DNA from: a virus
Lineage: Duplodnaviria > Caudoviricetes
Strand: one strand, 5' to 3'
Length of the DNA stretch: 64,000 bases
Virus record (IMG/VR): IMGVR_UViG_3300033066_002329
Location: 24,944-88,943 of that record
This document shows positions 45,925-56,543 of this stretch, in pieces (the first letter of the stretch is position 1; each line of letters starts with the position of its first letter). The notes under the pieces are model-generated. The model was not told where the DNA came from, did no database searches, and saw nothing but the letters and a program-made list of their open reading frames with translations. Position numbers and translations under genes: made by a program.

Positions 45925-46191
45925 ATTTTTTAATTAAATGTTAGAGACAAATATAAACAAAACCAAGCAATATTCAAAAATTTAGGAGCCCTATTTTCAT
46001 AAAATGACAATAAATGGTAATTTTCTCCCATTAGAGCCATTTTTGAATAGTCTCCTAGTACAAATGTTGTTTCCGATAAAAAGGTTGCTAAATTCAACGC
46101 ATTTGAATACTGCGTCAGGTTGTTTTGTGTTTTCATTAAGTAAAAGCTAATAATTAATCAATTTATTTTTTTGTTCTTCTCTTTTGACCTT

Positions 46192-46536
46192 TTAAAAAAG
46201 GTCTTTATATTTTAAAATTTTTTGCATTTTTACAGCATCTAAAGCCATGCCATTGCCACCATCTAAAGTGATATTATAATTTTTTGAAATAGCTGTTTCT
46301 AATTCTTCGAAGCTCAATCTTGTTCCATTAAGAGAAAATCCTCTCTCTGAAAAAATAACTGAAAATGGATTTTCAGAATCCTTATCAAAATTAACTTTTG
46401 TAGGTTTTCTTTTAGGAGCTTCAGCTGGAATTTCAGAACCTGGAGTAGCAGAAGCCATAGGAGCTGCACCCATTTGTTCTGAAAGAATACTTTTGAAATC
46501 TTTCAATAAATTTATAATATTTTGACTTTCTGCCAT
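46192..46536 (-). CDS. Hypothetical protein, possibly virion-associated
   Basis: TATTTAT upstream; 114 aa. Confidence 0.65.
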   Translation of the reverse strand: MAESQNIINLLKDFKSILSEQMGAAPMASATPGSEIPAEAPKRKPTKVNFDKDSENPFSVIFSERGFSLNGTRLSFEELETAISKNYNITLDGGNGMALDAVKMQKILKYKDLF

Positions 46537-46594
46537 ATGTTATAAATATGGTAGAAAAAACAAAATAAGCCCATTTTAGGGCTTATTTTTAAAA

Positions 46595-46789
46595 TTATTT
46601 TTCAGTTTTAGCTTTTAAAATTTTCTGGAAAGCTTCAATAAATTTTTGTTCTTTGGCTTTCTTTTCAGCTCTTAACTTTTCTTGTCTTAAAGGTTTTTCA
46701 GCTTGAGTTTTTTTCAATCTGTCACTTCTTTTTTTACCTCTTTTTTGAGCAGCCTGTCTTTCTGCTGCTGTACGTTTATCTTTTTTCAT
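46595..46789 (-). CDS. Small Lys/Arg-rich protein
   Basis: 64 aa, helical and basic; followed by a terminator. Confidence 0.6.
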   Translation of the reverse strand: MKKDKRTAAERQAAQKRGKKRSDRLKKTQAEKPLRQEKLRAEKKAKEQKFIEAFQKILKAKTEK

Positions 46790-46846
46790 AATGTATTTAT
46801 TTTACAAATAATAATACTTTTTTTATATAAAAACAAATATTAAATT

Positions 46847-46880
46847 AAAAAGGCCTACTAAATTTTAGTAGGCCTTTTTT
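46847..46880. terminator. Intrinsic terminator after nrdA
   Basis: AAAAAGGCCTACTAA-att-TTAGTAGGCCTTTTT. Confidence 0.85.
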
Positions 46881-49303
46881 TAACTTGAACATCCGAAACA
46901 TTCAAATTGACTATTTTCAGGTTTTGGCGGCAATACCATTTCAGCAAAAGGTTTTTCAATTTCTACTGCTTTAATTTCAAAACTTTTAGACATATCTTGA
47001 GCTAAATGTTTTGCTCCCTGTGATTTAGATTTTGTTTTAAAGTAATAGCATCCAGTTTTAAGACCTTTTTTAAATGCATACATATGAGAAGATGAAACTT
47101 TTTGCAAAGTAGGCTCATTCATATAAATATTCATTGATTGTGACTGGTCTATAAAAGGAGCTCTATCTGCAGCCATATCAATTAAGTCTTTCTGCTTAAC
47201 TTCCCAGATAGTTTTATATTTCAATAAAATTTTTTCAATTCTTTTAACTTTTTTCTCATATCCTTTAGCATCAGAATCAAGATAATTTAAAAACTTTACA
47301 TTTTGAATAGAACCATCATTTGATATGATTTCTTGTTTTAATTCTTCAGACCATATACCAATTGCCTCTAAATCAGCAATCAAATATTTATTTGATATTG
47401 TAAATTCTCCTTGAGTTACGCTTCTCACCATTAAATTTGAAGTAGCTACTTCAAACATTTCATAAGAATTAAAAACTCTTGCTGAAGAAGCAGTAGGCAT
47501 CTCTGCTGTTAATAAACTATTTGTAACACCATATTTAATAACACTTTCTCTTAAAGATTTCCAATCATGCATCCCGCTCAAATCTTCATCTTTTAAACCC
47601 CACATATTAAATTGAAATTCACCCTTTGAGAAAGGAGACCCTTCAAAATGCTCATATATTGGAAATTCTTTATTTTTAGCAAGTTCATTACTTTCTGTTA
47701 ATGCTGCAAAATAAATTGTTTCAAATATTTCTTTGTTTAACTTTTTTGCTTCATCTGAGGTAAATTCATAATCCATTAAAAAGAATGCATCAGCAAGACC
47801 TTGAACTCCTATTCCAATAGCTCTCTGTGATAAGCCTCCTTTTTTTCCTTTTTCTGTAGAGTAATGATTAATATCTACAACTTTATTTAAAGCTTTCACT
47901 ATTTTTCTAACTGCCTTAATAAGTAATTCAAAATCAAATTTGCCATCTTTTACATAATTTTTTAAAACTATAGAAGACAATGTACAAATAGCAGTAGTAT
48001 CTGTTTCATTTGTATATTGAAATACTTCAATACATAAATTAGAACTCTTAATTGTACCAATGTTTTTATGATTTGATTTTTTATTAGCGTGGTCTTTAAA
48101 AGCTAAATAGGGAACTCCTGTTTCAACTTGAGATTCGTATATTTTTTTCCATAAATCTTGAGCTTTGATTTTTTTACCAAGACCCATTTCTACTGCTTTA
48201 TTATATTCAGCCTCAAATTCTTCACCATATATTTCATAAAATGGTTTTAATCCAGCCTTAATAATATCATTAGGACAAAATAAATAATAATCTCCATCCT
48301 CTTCTACTGCTTTCATAAAATTATCTGGAATCCACAATGCAGAGAAAATATCTCTTGCTGCAAATTCATCCTTAGTTGTATTTTTTCTAACATCCATAAG
48401 GTCAAAAACATCTTTATGCCATGGCTCTAAATAAATGGCAGCAGCTCCAGGTCTTCTACCTTGTTGATTAAAGAATCTAAGAGATTCATTAATAATTTTT
48501 ATATACTTTAATAAGCCACCTGCATATCCACCAGTCTTTGATATTCTTGATTCTTTACTTCTAATGTTACTCATGCATAATCCAATTCCAGCAGCATCTG
48601 CAGAATAAGAAGAAACATCATTAATCGTTCTAAGCAAGCCTTCTCTTGAATCTCCATCATTCATGTGAAGAACACAAGATGCTAATTGAGCATTTTTTGT
48701 TCCTGAATTAATCATGATAGGTGTAGCAGGAGATATTAAATGATTAGATAATAAATCATAATATTCAATAGCATCTTCAAAAGTATTTGTTACCCATAAT
48801 GCAATTCTCATAAACATATGCTGCGGTCTTTCAAGCGTAACTCCCTTGTCATTTTTTAATAAATAAGTCCCTTCAAGGGCTTTCCATCCAAAATAATCAA
48901 ATCTAAAATCTCTGTCAAATTTTAATTCTTCTTGAATTCTTTCAGCTCCATATTTATCAATGATTTCTATTAATTTATCATTTACAATTCCAATTTTATT
49001 AAGACCTTTCATTGTCTCTGCAAAATTTTCATTTGTACTTTTGTAAAAAGATGTAATTGCAACATTAGATGCAAACAAACTATAGTCTGAATGTGTACCT
49101 GTATATGATGCAGCAATTTCACAAACTAACTTATCAAGTTCTGCTGTTTTAATAGAACCTTCAGTTGGCATTGAAGTAATTACTTTAATGAAAATTTCAT
49201 CTGAATTTATCTTTAATCCTTTAGCTGCTTTTTTAATTCTATTTTGAATTTTTTTAGGGTCAAACGATGTCCCTTTTCCGTCTCTTTTTTGTATTGTTAA
49301 CAT
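46880..49303 (-). CDS. nrdA: Ribonucleotide reductase class Ia alpha subunit
   Basis: ATP cone, SPATP, LASC, SSNLCIE, MPTASS, C-terminal CFGCSS. Confidence 0.97.
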   Translation of the reverse strand: MLTIQKRDGKGTSFDPKKIQNRIKKAAKGLKINSDEIFIKVITSMPTEGSIKTAELDKLVCEIAASYTGTHSDYSLFASNVAITSFYKSTNENFAETMKGLNKIGIVNDKLIEIIDKYGAERIQEELKFDRDFRFDYFGWKALEGTYLLKNDKGVTLERPQHMFMRIALWVTNTFEDAIEYYDLLSNHLISPATPIMINSGTKNAQLASCVLHMNDGDSREGLLRTINDVSSYSADAAGIGLCMSNIRSKESRISKTGGYAGGLLKYIKIINESLRFFNQQGRRPGAAAIYLEPWHKDVFDLMDVRKNTTKDEFAARDIFSALWIPDNFMKAVEEDGDYYLFCPNDIIKAGLKPFYEIYGEEFEAEYNKAVEMGLGKKIKAQDLWKKIYESQVETGVPYLAFKDHANKKSNHKNIGTIKSSNLCIEVFQYTNETDTTAICTLSSIVLKNYVKDGKFDFELLIKAVRKIVKALNKVVDINHYSTEKGKKGGLSQRAIGIGVQGLADAFFLMDYEFTSDEAKKLNKEIFETIYFAALTESNELAKNKEFPIYEHFEGSPFSKGEFQFNMWGLKDEDLSGMHDWKSLRESVIKYGVTNSLLTAEMPTASSARVFNSYEMFEVATSNLMVRSVTQGEFTISNKYLIADLEAIGIWSEELKQEIISNDGSIQNVKFLNYLDSDAKGYEKKVKRIEKILLKYKTIWEVKQKDLIDMAADRAPFIDQSQSMNIYMNEPTLQKVSSSHMYAFKKGLKTGCYYFKTKSKSQGAKHLAQDMSKSFEIKAVEIEKPFAEMVLPPKPENSQFECFGCSS

Positions 49304-49315
49304 ATATATATTTCT

Positions 49316-50362
49316 TTAAAAATCTTCATTAAAACTTACATTACCACTTAAATCTGCTTTTCTATATTCTACAGCTCTTCCTTCAAAGAAATTTTCTTTA
49401 GATTCTAGCGCAATTTGTTCCATGAATTTAAATGGTTGCTCTACATTAAATTCTTTTTTACAACCAAGTTTAACTAATAATTGGTCTACTACAAACTCAA
49501 GATATTGCTTCATTAAATTGGCATTCATACCAATCATTGATACAGGTATAGATTCTGTAATAAATTCTTTTTCTATTGCTAATGCAGATAATAAGATTTC
49601 TCTTATCTTTTTTTCACTAGGTTTATTTACAACATGTCTATTTAATAAATTAATTGCAAATTCACAGTGTAAATTTTCATCTTTAAAAATTAAAGAGTTT
49701 GCTTTACATAATCCAGGCATTAGACCTTTTGATTTAAGCCAAAATATAGCAGAAAATGAACCTGAAAAAAATATTCCTTCTACAGCTACAAATGCTATCA
49801 ATCTTTCAGCAAAAGAATCTGACTCAATCCAATTTAATGCCCAATCTGCTTTCTTTTTAACAGCAGGTAAATAATCAAGAGCTTGAAAGCATTCGTTCTT
49901 TTCTTTTAAATCTTTTATGTAAGTATCAATCAATAGAGAATATGTTTCTGAATGCACATTTTCCATTGCTATTTGAAATCCATAAAAGCTTTTTGCTTCT
50001 GGATATTGAACTTCTCTTTGAAAATTTTCTGCTATGTTTTCATTTACAATACCATCACTTGCTGCAAAAAAAGCTAAAATATTTTTTATAAAAAATCTTT
50101 CTTTATCATTTAGACTTTCCCAATCATTTATATCTTTTGATAAGTCTATTTCTTCTGCACTCCAAAGTGTGGAAAAATGTGTTTTGTAAAATTGCCAAAT
50201 ATCTTGGTGTTCTATTGGATACATCACAAAGCGATGTGGATTTGGTTTTAAAATTGGTTCTTCTTTCATTATTGTTTTTTTGTCTTCTGTTATTTTGTTT
50301 TCTTCCATAATTAAATTTGTTTCGAGGTAAAGATAAATAAAATTAAAAAATTCTTTTTCCAA
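49316..50362 (-). CDS. nrdB: Ribonucleotide reductase class Ia beta subunit
   Basis: [37 protein letters not shown]. Confidence 0.97.
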   Translation of the reverse strand: MEKEFFNFIYLYLETNLIMEENKITEDKKTIMKEEPILKPNPHRFVMYPIEHQDIWQFYKTHFSTLWSAEEIDLSKDINDWESLNDKERFFIKNILAFFAASDGIVNENIAENFQREVQYPEAKSFYGFQIAMENVHSETYSLLIDTYIKDLKEKNECFQALDYLPAVKKKADWALNWIESDSFAERLIAFVAVEGIFFSGSFSAIFWLKSKGLMPGLCKANSLIFKDENLHCEFAINLLNRHVVNKPSEKKIREILLSALAIEKEFITESIPVSMIGMNANLMKQYLEFVVDQLLVKLGCKKEFNVEQPFKFMEQIALESKENFFEGRAVEYRKADLSGNVSFNEDF

Positions 50363-50384
50363 AAAACTTATTAACCTTTTATAA

Positions 50385-51818
50385 TTAAATTGGAAATTGA
50401 TTCATATCTTGTTCAAGATTAAATACACTTTCTTGCGTTTTTTCCTTTTTTTCGCTGGTTTTGACTGTTTTTTTAATACCCATACCTTCTGGAGTAATTG
50501 GCTTAATGTCAATAAATATTTTTGATGTATTGAATATTGCATCTAAAAATATATTTGCTTGTCCATTTCTATTTTTCAAAATACCAATTTTGGCAGCATC
50601 AGGATTTTCAGCTACTTCATCAGGGTCTCTACCTATAGATATAATAACATCAGCAGTTCTCGCATTACCAAGAGACTCAGCTATTGAACTAAGCGAAACT
50701 TTATCTGTATCCATTCCACTTCTACCTGTTTGAGCCGCATTCCAAATAGGTATCTTTAATTCATCAGCCATACCTCTTATTCCAACATATATACTATCTA
50801 ACGCATGCCTTTTTTCACTATAATTATCAACAGGCTTTAATAAATCTCCATAATCAATAAAAATAATATCTGGCTTAAATCCTTCAGTAGTTTCCAGAGT
50901 TCTAATATGAGCCATTAATGTATTAATTGAGGCCTGACCACTTGGAAATTTTTTAATAATTAACTCTCCACCTGCTTCAACTATTTCATCTGCTTTTTCT
51001 TTAATAACATCTGGAAAATCCCAAACGTTTTTTAAATGTATTTGATTAATACAAGCATCAAATCTTTGACCTACAACTTCTTCTGATAATTCAAGGGTAT
51101 AATATAAAACTTTTTTACCAGCCATAAAAGCATTACATGCAAATGCAACTAGAAACATTGACTTACCTCCACCTGCTTGAGCTAATACAACTCCCATTTC
51201 TCCCGCAGCAAGACCTCCTCCTATATATTGGTCAAGACTTGGTAATGCAGTAATCGGACTTCTAAAATTTTTATCTAAACGTTTCGCAATATCTTGCGCA
51301 TAATTATGTCCTGTTTCTTTAGGCTCTCCTGCTTTTAAGGCATCTTCTAACATTTTCTTCATAGAATCATAATTATGCTTTTTCCATTCCATAACTAATT
51401 TATGAAGACAATTTTTTACAGACCTTTCTTTAAAATATCTATAAGAAGAATTCTGAATGTGTTCTGCATTGTCAATTTTTATCGCTTCTATTTTTTCAAT
51501 CAATCCAAGTAAATGGTCTTTATTAAGGCCTTTTTCTTTTTCATTAATTAAATCTCTAAGAGTTGAAAATCTTGCTATTTCTTTATATTGATTAAAAAAC
51601 TTAATTTGATAATCAAGTAAAATTTTTTGATATGCATCGAAATATTCTGGTTCTACAATATCAATTATTCTTTCAGGAAATCCATGTCTATCATTTGTGA
51701 ATACATTTAAAAATCTATTCTGATAATCTACATCAAATTGCTCTGTAATATCTTCTTGTAAAAAAGACATTACACCTTCCATTTCCTTTTCTTTATTTTC
51801 ACCTTTTACCTGAGTCAT
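50385..51818 (-). CDS. DnaB-like (T4 gp41-type) replicative helicase
   Basis: [31 protein letters not shown]. Confidence 0.9.
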   Translation of the reverse strand: MTQVKGENKEKEMEGVMSFLQEDITEQFDVDYQNRFLNVFTNDRHGFPERIIDIVEPEYFDAYQKILLDYQIKFFNQYKEIARFSTLRDLINEKEKGLNKDHLLGLIEKIEAIKIDNAEHIQNSSYRYFKERSVKNCLHKLVMEWKKHNYDSMKKMLEDALKAGEPKETGHNYAQDIAKRLDKNFRSPITALPSLDQYIGGGLAAGEMGVVLAQAGGGKSMFLVAFACNAFMAGKKVLYYTLELSEEVVGQRFDACINQIHLKNVWDFPDVIKEKADEIVEAGGELIIKKFPSGQASINTLMAHIRTLETTEGFKPDIIFIDYGDLLKPVDNYSEKRHALDSIYVGIRGMADELKIPIWNAAQTGRSGMDTDKVSLSSIAESLGNARTADVIISIGRDPDEVAENPDAAKIGILKNRNGQANIFLDAIFNTSKIFIDIKPITPEGMGIKKTVKTSEKKEKTQESVFNLEQDMNQFPI

Positions 51819-52068
51819 CTTTTTTCTTATTTAAATCATCCCAAATTTTTTTCTTATGTACTTCTGTTATTTTTTCTTCAAGTTTATTTGCCATATCTTT
51901 TAGAAAATAGTAAAAAGTTATTTCTTCTTTTTCTATAATTTCACTTGCATAATCTGGTAGTTCAATTTTTTGTTTTTGTATAATTTTACCATTATACTCA
52001 AGCTTAATAGAAAATTCATTTTTTTCAGTATTTAATTTTTTTAATTTTTCCCGAATATTATTTGACAT
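51799..52068 (-). CDS. Hypothetical protein
   Basis: 89-aa ORF between the exonuclease and helicase. Confidence 0.6.
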   Translation of the reverse strand: MSNNIREKLKKLNTEKNEFSIKLEYNGKIIQKQKIELPDYASEIIEKEEITFYYFLKDMANKLEEKITEVHKKKIWDDLNKKKDDSGKR

Positions 52069-52069
52069 A

Positions 52070-53107
52070 TTAAAGTTTCATTTTTTGCGTATATTCTTTT
52101 TCTTTCAACATTACCATGTAAAATGTAGAAAAAAAATCTTGTGAATACTCTTCTCCTACATAATTCATTAAGCCCTCTTCTCTAAACAGACTAATAGCAC
52201 TAGTTATTTCTCTTGAATCATCTAAAATACCATTTTTAACAATATTCACCTGCTTCACTGCTTCAGAACTTAAAAAAGGTTTTTTTAAATTCATTAATTT
52301 TGCATTTCTATACAAAACATCTTCAGCTTGAATAATCTTATCGTAAATTTTTCTTTTTCCTATTTTCTTGTCTTTTTTTGCCTCATATGCTTCTTCTCTC
52401 AATCTTGCATATGTATATTTCTCAGTTTTAATTGCTGGAAAATATTTCATTAAAGTATCTCTTGTAATCCCATTAACTCCTGCAATATCATCGCCCTTAT
52501 CTCCTTCAAAACACTTCATTAACAATTCATTATCTAAAGTATGACCATATTTTTCTTCATATTCTTCTCTATTAAAAACCCATAAATTATCATTAGTTAT
52601 AATAGATACTTTATCAGACATTAACTGAAGATAATCCTTATCTTTACTAAGAATAAATATTTTTTCATCATCATCTTCTGACTTAAGAACGTATTGAGCA
52701 ATAATATCGTCTGCCTCAATATAATCAACCTCAACTTGTCTTATAAACATTTCTTCTAATATATTTTGCAAAGCTATTTTTTGCCTATATATTTCGAATC
52801 TTTCCATATCTTCTGGACTTCCTGTTCCTTCTGTGATAATAGCTCTATTCTCATTCTCAAAATTTTTACCACGGCTTATTTTATAAGGTTTATAAATATT
52901 ATATCTTAATTTTCCTGCATTAAAACCGTCCCAAGCAATCACTATCCTATCTGGAAGTAATTTATTTATTACCTTTTTAAGACTAAATAAAAAGCCTATA
53001 ATACCTCCGCACTTAGTGAATTTACTACTCATTAAATTTCCTTGACCTTTAATGTGTTTTTTTAAAAGCCACTGACCATCTATTAATAATGTTTTTTGTA
53101 CTGACAT
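52070..53107 (-). CDS. 5'-3' exonuclease/flap endonuclease (T4 RNase H/PolI-like)
   Basis: LLIDG, IAWD, YKISR, EADDII, KDKDYLQL, GDKGDDIAGV. Confidence 0.9.
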   Translation of the reverse strand: MSVQKTLLIDGQWLLKKHIKGQGNLMSSKFTKCGGIIGFLFSLKKVINKLLPDRIVIAWDGFNAGKLRYNIYKPYKISRGKNFENENRAIITEGTGSPEDMERFEIYRQKIALQNILEEMFIRQVEVDYIEADDIIAQYVLKSEDDDEKIFILSKDKDYLQLMSDKVSIITNDNLWVFNREEYEEKYGHTLDNELLMKCFEGDKGDDIAGVNGITRDTLMKYFPAIKTEKYTYARLREEAYEAKKDKKIGKRKIYDKIIQAEDVLYRNAKLMNLKKPFLSSEAVKQVNIVKNGILDDSREITSAISLFREEGLMNYVGEEYSQDFFSTFYMVMLKEKEYTQKMKL

Positions 53108-53219
53108 ATTTTATTGTTGCAAATATAGAATTAATTATTTCGAGTTGCAAAAAAAATTTAATATCGAAGATAAAAAAAGCTCCTTTTTAGGAGCTTCTTT
53201 ATTAGTATATTAATATTTT

Positions 53220-54284
53220 TTATTGTAAATTTTCTTTATCATCTTTTAAATTCCAATATTCATCGTATTTAAGGTCCCAACCATCAGCATATTCTTTTTT
53301 ATATGCATCAATTGATTCTTTATTGTCTAATATAAATCCATGGTCAGTACATAATATTTTACCTTTGCTAGTTGAAACATTGGTAATATGATTTTTAAAT
53401 ACTACTAAATCTGTTTTTAAAGCAAAAGAAAGTTCTTCTTTATTTTTTGTCGCAGTAACTTTAGAAGACCTACCCATAATACCACCAGTTCTAAATACTA
53501 GTGTAGCAACATAAATAATACCATCTCCACCATAAGGCTCTAAACTTGGAGGCCCACCTGGCATTTTTGGAGGTGCAGTATAAGCTTGATTTACAAATAT
53601 AACAGTTGATGTAAATGCATAAGATTCATTTCTTGTAGCATTAATTCTTGGCCCAAGATAACGTGTAATTTCTTCTCTTAAAACTCTTGCAGTAACCATC
53701 ATACCACCGCCACTTTCTCCATCTTCTTTTTTTCCTAATTCTTTTTCTGAAGGAGTACCTCCAATAGAATCCCAAATAAATAATACATCATATGGTAAAT
53801 CACCACTTTCTTGTGCATCAAGAATTTCTTTCATGTATTTACAGCCTTCTTCAATTGTTGCAACTCCATTATGAACAATACATTCATCAAAGTTAATTCC
53901 CATTGTTTCTCCTCTTTCGAAGCTAAATTTATTTTCTGTAATTATAAACACAGGAAGTATTCCTTGTTTTTGAGCATTTGCAGCAGCTTCTAAGGCCATT
54001 GTACTCTTACCTGTATCAGATTTACCATAATTCATTATTACGTGTCCAGTAGGTATTCCTGGAAGCTTTGTCACCTCTTTAAAAGCAGGAGACATATTAA
54101 TCCACTCTTGAGGCTTATATTTAACATCCTTAAAGTTAATTTTAGATTTATAATCTTGTAACTTACCGAATTTTTTACTCAATACTGGTTTTTCTTTTTC
54201 CGTTCCGTTGTTTTCATTTTGGTTTTCTAAAGAATTTTCTAAATTCTCATCTTCCTGATTTTTCTTTGTCGTTTTCTTAGCCAT
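53220..54284 (-). CDS. RecA/UvsX-like recombinase
   Basis: YGKSDTGKST, IWDSIG, IFVNQ, YGGDG. Confidence 0.88.
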   Translation of the reverse strand: MAKKTTKKNQEDENLENSLENQNENNGTEKEKPVLSKKFGKLQDYKSKINFKDVKYKPQEWINMSPAFKEVTKLPGIPTGHVIMNYGKSDTGKSTMALEAAANAQKQGILPVFIITENKFSFERGETMGINFDECIVHNGVATIEEGCKYMKEILDAQESGDLPYDVLFIWDSIGGTPSEKELGKKEDGESGGGMMVTARVLREEITRYLGPRINATRNESYAFTSTVIFVNQAYTAPPKMPGGPPSLEPYGGDGIIYVATLVFRTGGIMGRSSKVTATKNKEELSFALKTDLVVFKNHITNVSTSKGKILCTDHGFILDNKESIDAYKKEYADGWDLKYDEYWNLKDDKENLQ

Positions 54285-54424
54285 AGTTATAATTTAATTT
54301 GATGTTAAATAATAAACTATGAAGCAAAAAAATTAAATGGTTTTTTTATAAATGTTAATAATTTTATAGAACTATTTTAATAAAAAAAGGAGCTAATTTT
54401 TTTAGCTCCTTTTCTTGTGTTTAT

Positions 54425-54802
54425 TTATTCCTCAGTATGTAGAGGAACAGTACCTTCTTGCCAATCAAGAGTTTTTTTAACTTTTCCATCTGGAAGTTTT
54501 TCTTCTTTTGTACGAAGATAATAAACTTCTGGATTTTCTTGTTGTTGACCAAAATTTAAATATGCTTTACATTTTTTACACTTAATAAGAGTATAATTAT
54601 ATGCCATTTTACCAGCTTTATTTTTTCCTACATGCGCAGTTAATGCTAAGTCATCATGTCCACACTTTCCACACTTATCAATGTCATTAAACGATAAGTT
54701 TTTAGATGTCATTACAACATCATGCAAATTTTCACCTTCAACTGAAAAGCTGTGAATTTCTTTACCAATTTTCTTTTTTACAAAGTACGTAATTTTTCCC
54801 AT
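54425..54802 (-). CDS. Zn-ribbon hypothetical protein
   Basis: CGKCG...CKKC. Confidence 0.65.
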   Translation of the reverse strand: MGKITYFVKKKIGKEIHSFSVEGENLHDVVMTSKNLSFNDIDKCGKCGHDDLALTAHVGKNKAGKMAYNYTLIKCKKCKAYLNFGQQQENPEVYYLRTKEEKLPDGKVKKTLDWQEGTVPLHTEE

Positions 54803-54888
54803 TTTATTTGATTTTAATTAATTTAATAATAAAATATAATAATTAATGTTACTATTATAAAGAAAAACAATAAAAATGTTAATAACTT

Positions 54889-56517
54889 TTAATGAGCAGA
54901 TTTAAAATCATTTCCAATATTATGATTTATAGAAAAATACATATTATTATTATTAGATAATATCTCTTTTAATTTATCAATTAAAAAATGTTCTTCAGGA
55001 TGTAAATCAAAAACAAGAGAGTCATGTACTTGAAATATAAAATGTGTTTTATAATTTTTTAAGAATTCTTTTATCTCAAATAATTTATCAACAACAATTT
55101 CAGAAGCATAACAAGATATATAATTATGATATGAAGCGTGTTCTTTTTCTGCTCTTACAATATAACCCCAAGGATTAATCATATAACCCATAATTTTAGA
55201 TTGAGATTTTATCTTTGTAGAATGCTGTATTATAGGATTTAAAAACTGCTTTATATAATATAATTTCTCTTCAGGGTTATTAAAATACTTAGATATATTT
55301 GTAAGCATTGTTTCTTCTGAAGCACCATAAAGCAAAGAGTGATTGATTATTTTTGAATACGAGCGTTCTTCTTCTGAAATTTCTTTCCTATTAAATAATC
55401 TTACAGCAGTTTCATAATGTAAATCTTTATCCTCAAATTCTTTTATAAATGAATCATCTTCGCACAAATATAAAGAAATTTTTGTTTCAAATGAAACATA
55501 GTCCATTACTAATATTTTCCCGTCATCAAATCTTGATATTATATCTTCTCTTTCTTTATTGGATTTATTAAGCATTTGAGGATTATATTTTGATTCATCT
55601 GCAGCATTAATACGACCAGTGATAGTTCTTTTATTTGAATACTTGATTTTAGCTAACTTAAAATTTTTTCTATTTTTAAATTTAAGCTTATCATTTTGAA
55701 AATTATTTTTAAATGCAATTTCTCTTCCAGATAACCAACAAGTAATTTTATCTCTTTGGCACATTCTTAAATAAAAATTTTTTTCATTTTCATCCAATGA
55801 AATAGAATTCATTTTACTCATTAAAAAAGGAGCATATTTTGAAGTTTTGATATTAGGGATGATTTTTAAATAACTCTCTAATGTTTCAACTCCAAACTTA
55901 ACCCATCTTAAACTATCTATAACAGCCAATTCTTTTAGGTTAAATATATTTACATATTCATTTATATTATTATAAGAAAATATAACAGAGTCAAAACTAT
56001 TTAAAATTTCAGAAAGTCTATTTTTAAATTGCGAATCAATTGCAAATAAAGATTTTATGTTTACAATAAAATTTTTTCCATCATTATACACATACATAGC
56101 CCCTTCATCAAAATAGAAAAAAACTTTAGCTGTTTTATTAATATTGTTTTCAAAAAATTCTTCAACACTTTCAGAATTTAAAAAAGAATCATGAATTTTA
56201 AAATTAGTAGGTAGCCAACTTTTAATAGACTCATTAAAAAAAGAATCTATTTGTTTAAAAAATTCTTTTTCATTTTCACTTTTACTAAAACTCCAATATA
56301 AATTTTCACTTACCTTTTTATCTAAGATATTTTGTTTTTCAAATCTAAATTTCAAACTATTCCAACCTATCACTAAGGTAGGTCTATCAAAATACATTTC
56401 AGTAGGAAATTCTTTAGATATAAATACAGGATAACTACTCAAATATTCACGGAGTATTTGAAAGTCTGCTTCATTTTCAGCAATAAAATTGCATATCTCT
56501 ATATTCTTACGGCTCAT
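54889..56517 (-). CDS. Family A DNA polymerase (divergent)
   Basis: TITGRI, motif A MDYVSFE, motif B KIINHSLLYG, motif C QVHDS. Confidence 0.85.
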   Translation of the reverse strand: MSRKNIEICNFIAENEADFQILREYLSSYPVFISKEFPTEMYFDRPTLVIGWNSLKFRFEKQNILDKKVSENLYWSFSKSENEKEFFKQIDSFFNESIKSWLPTNFKIHDSFLNSESVEEFFENNINKTAKVFFYFDEGAMYVYNDGKNFIVNIKSLFAIDSQFKNRLSEILNSFDSVIFSYNNINEYVNIFNLKELAVIDSLRWVKFGVETLESYLKIIPNIKTSKYAPFLMSKMNSISLDENEKNFYLRMCQRDKITCWLSGREIAFKNNFQNDKLKFKNRKNFKLAKIKYSNKRTITGRINAADESKYNPQMLNKSNKEREDIISRFDDGKILVMDYVSFETKISLYLCEDDSFIKEFEDKDLHYETAVRLFNRKEISEEERSYSKIINHSLLYGASEETMLTNISKYFNNPEEKLYYIKQFLNPIIQHSTKIKSQSKIMGYMINPWGYIVRAEKEHASYHNYISCYASEIVVDKLFEIKEFLKNYKTHFIFQVHDSLVFDLHPEEHFLIDKLKEILSNNNNMYFSINHNIGNDFKSAH

Positions 56518-56543
56518 TTGTACCGCAAATATACAAAAAAATT

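Noticed and set aside
45930-46136. 68-aa ORF as a real gene
   Set aside because: No recognisable features; could be real but cannot be supported.
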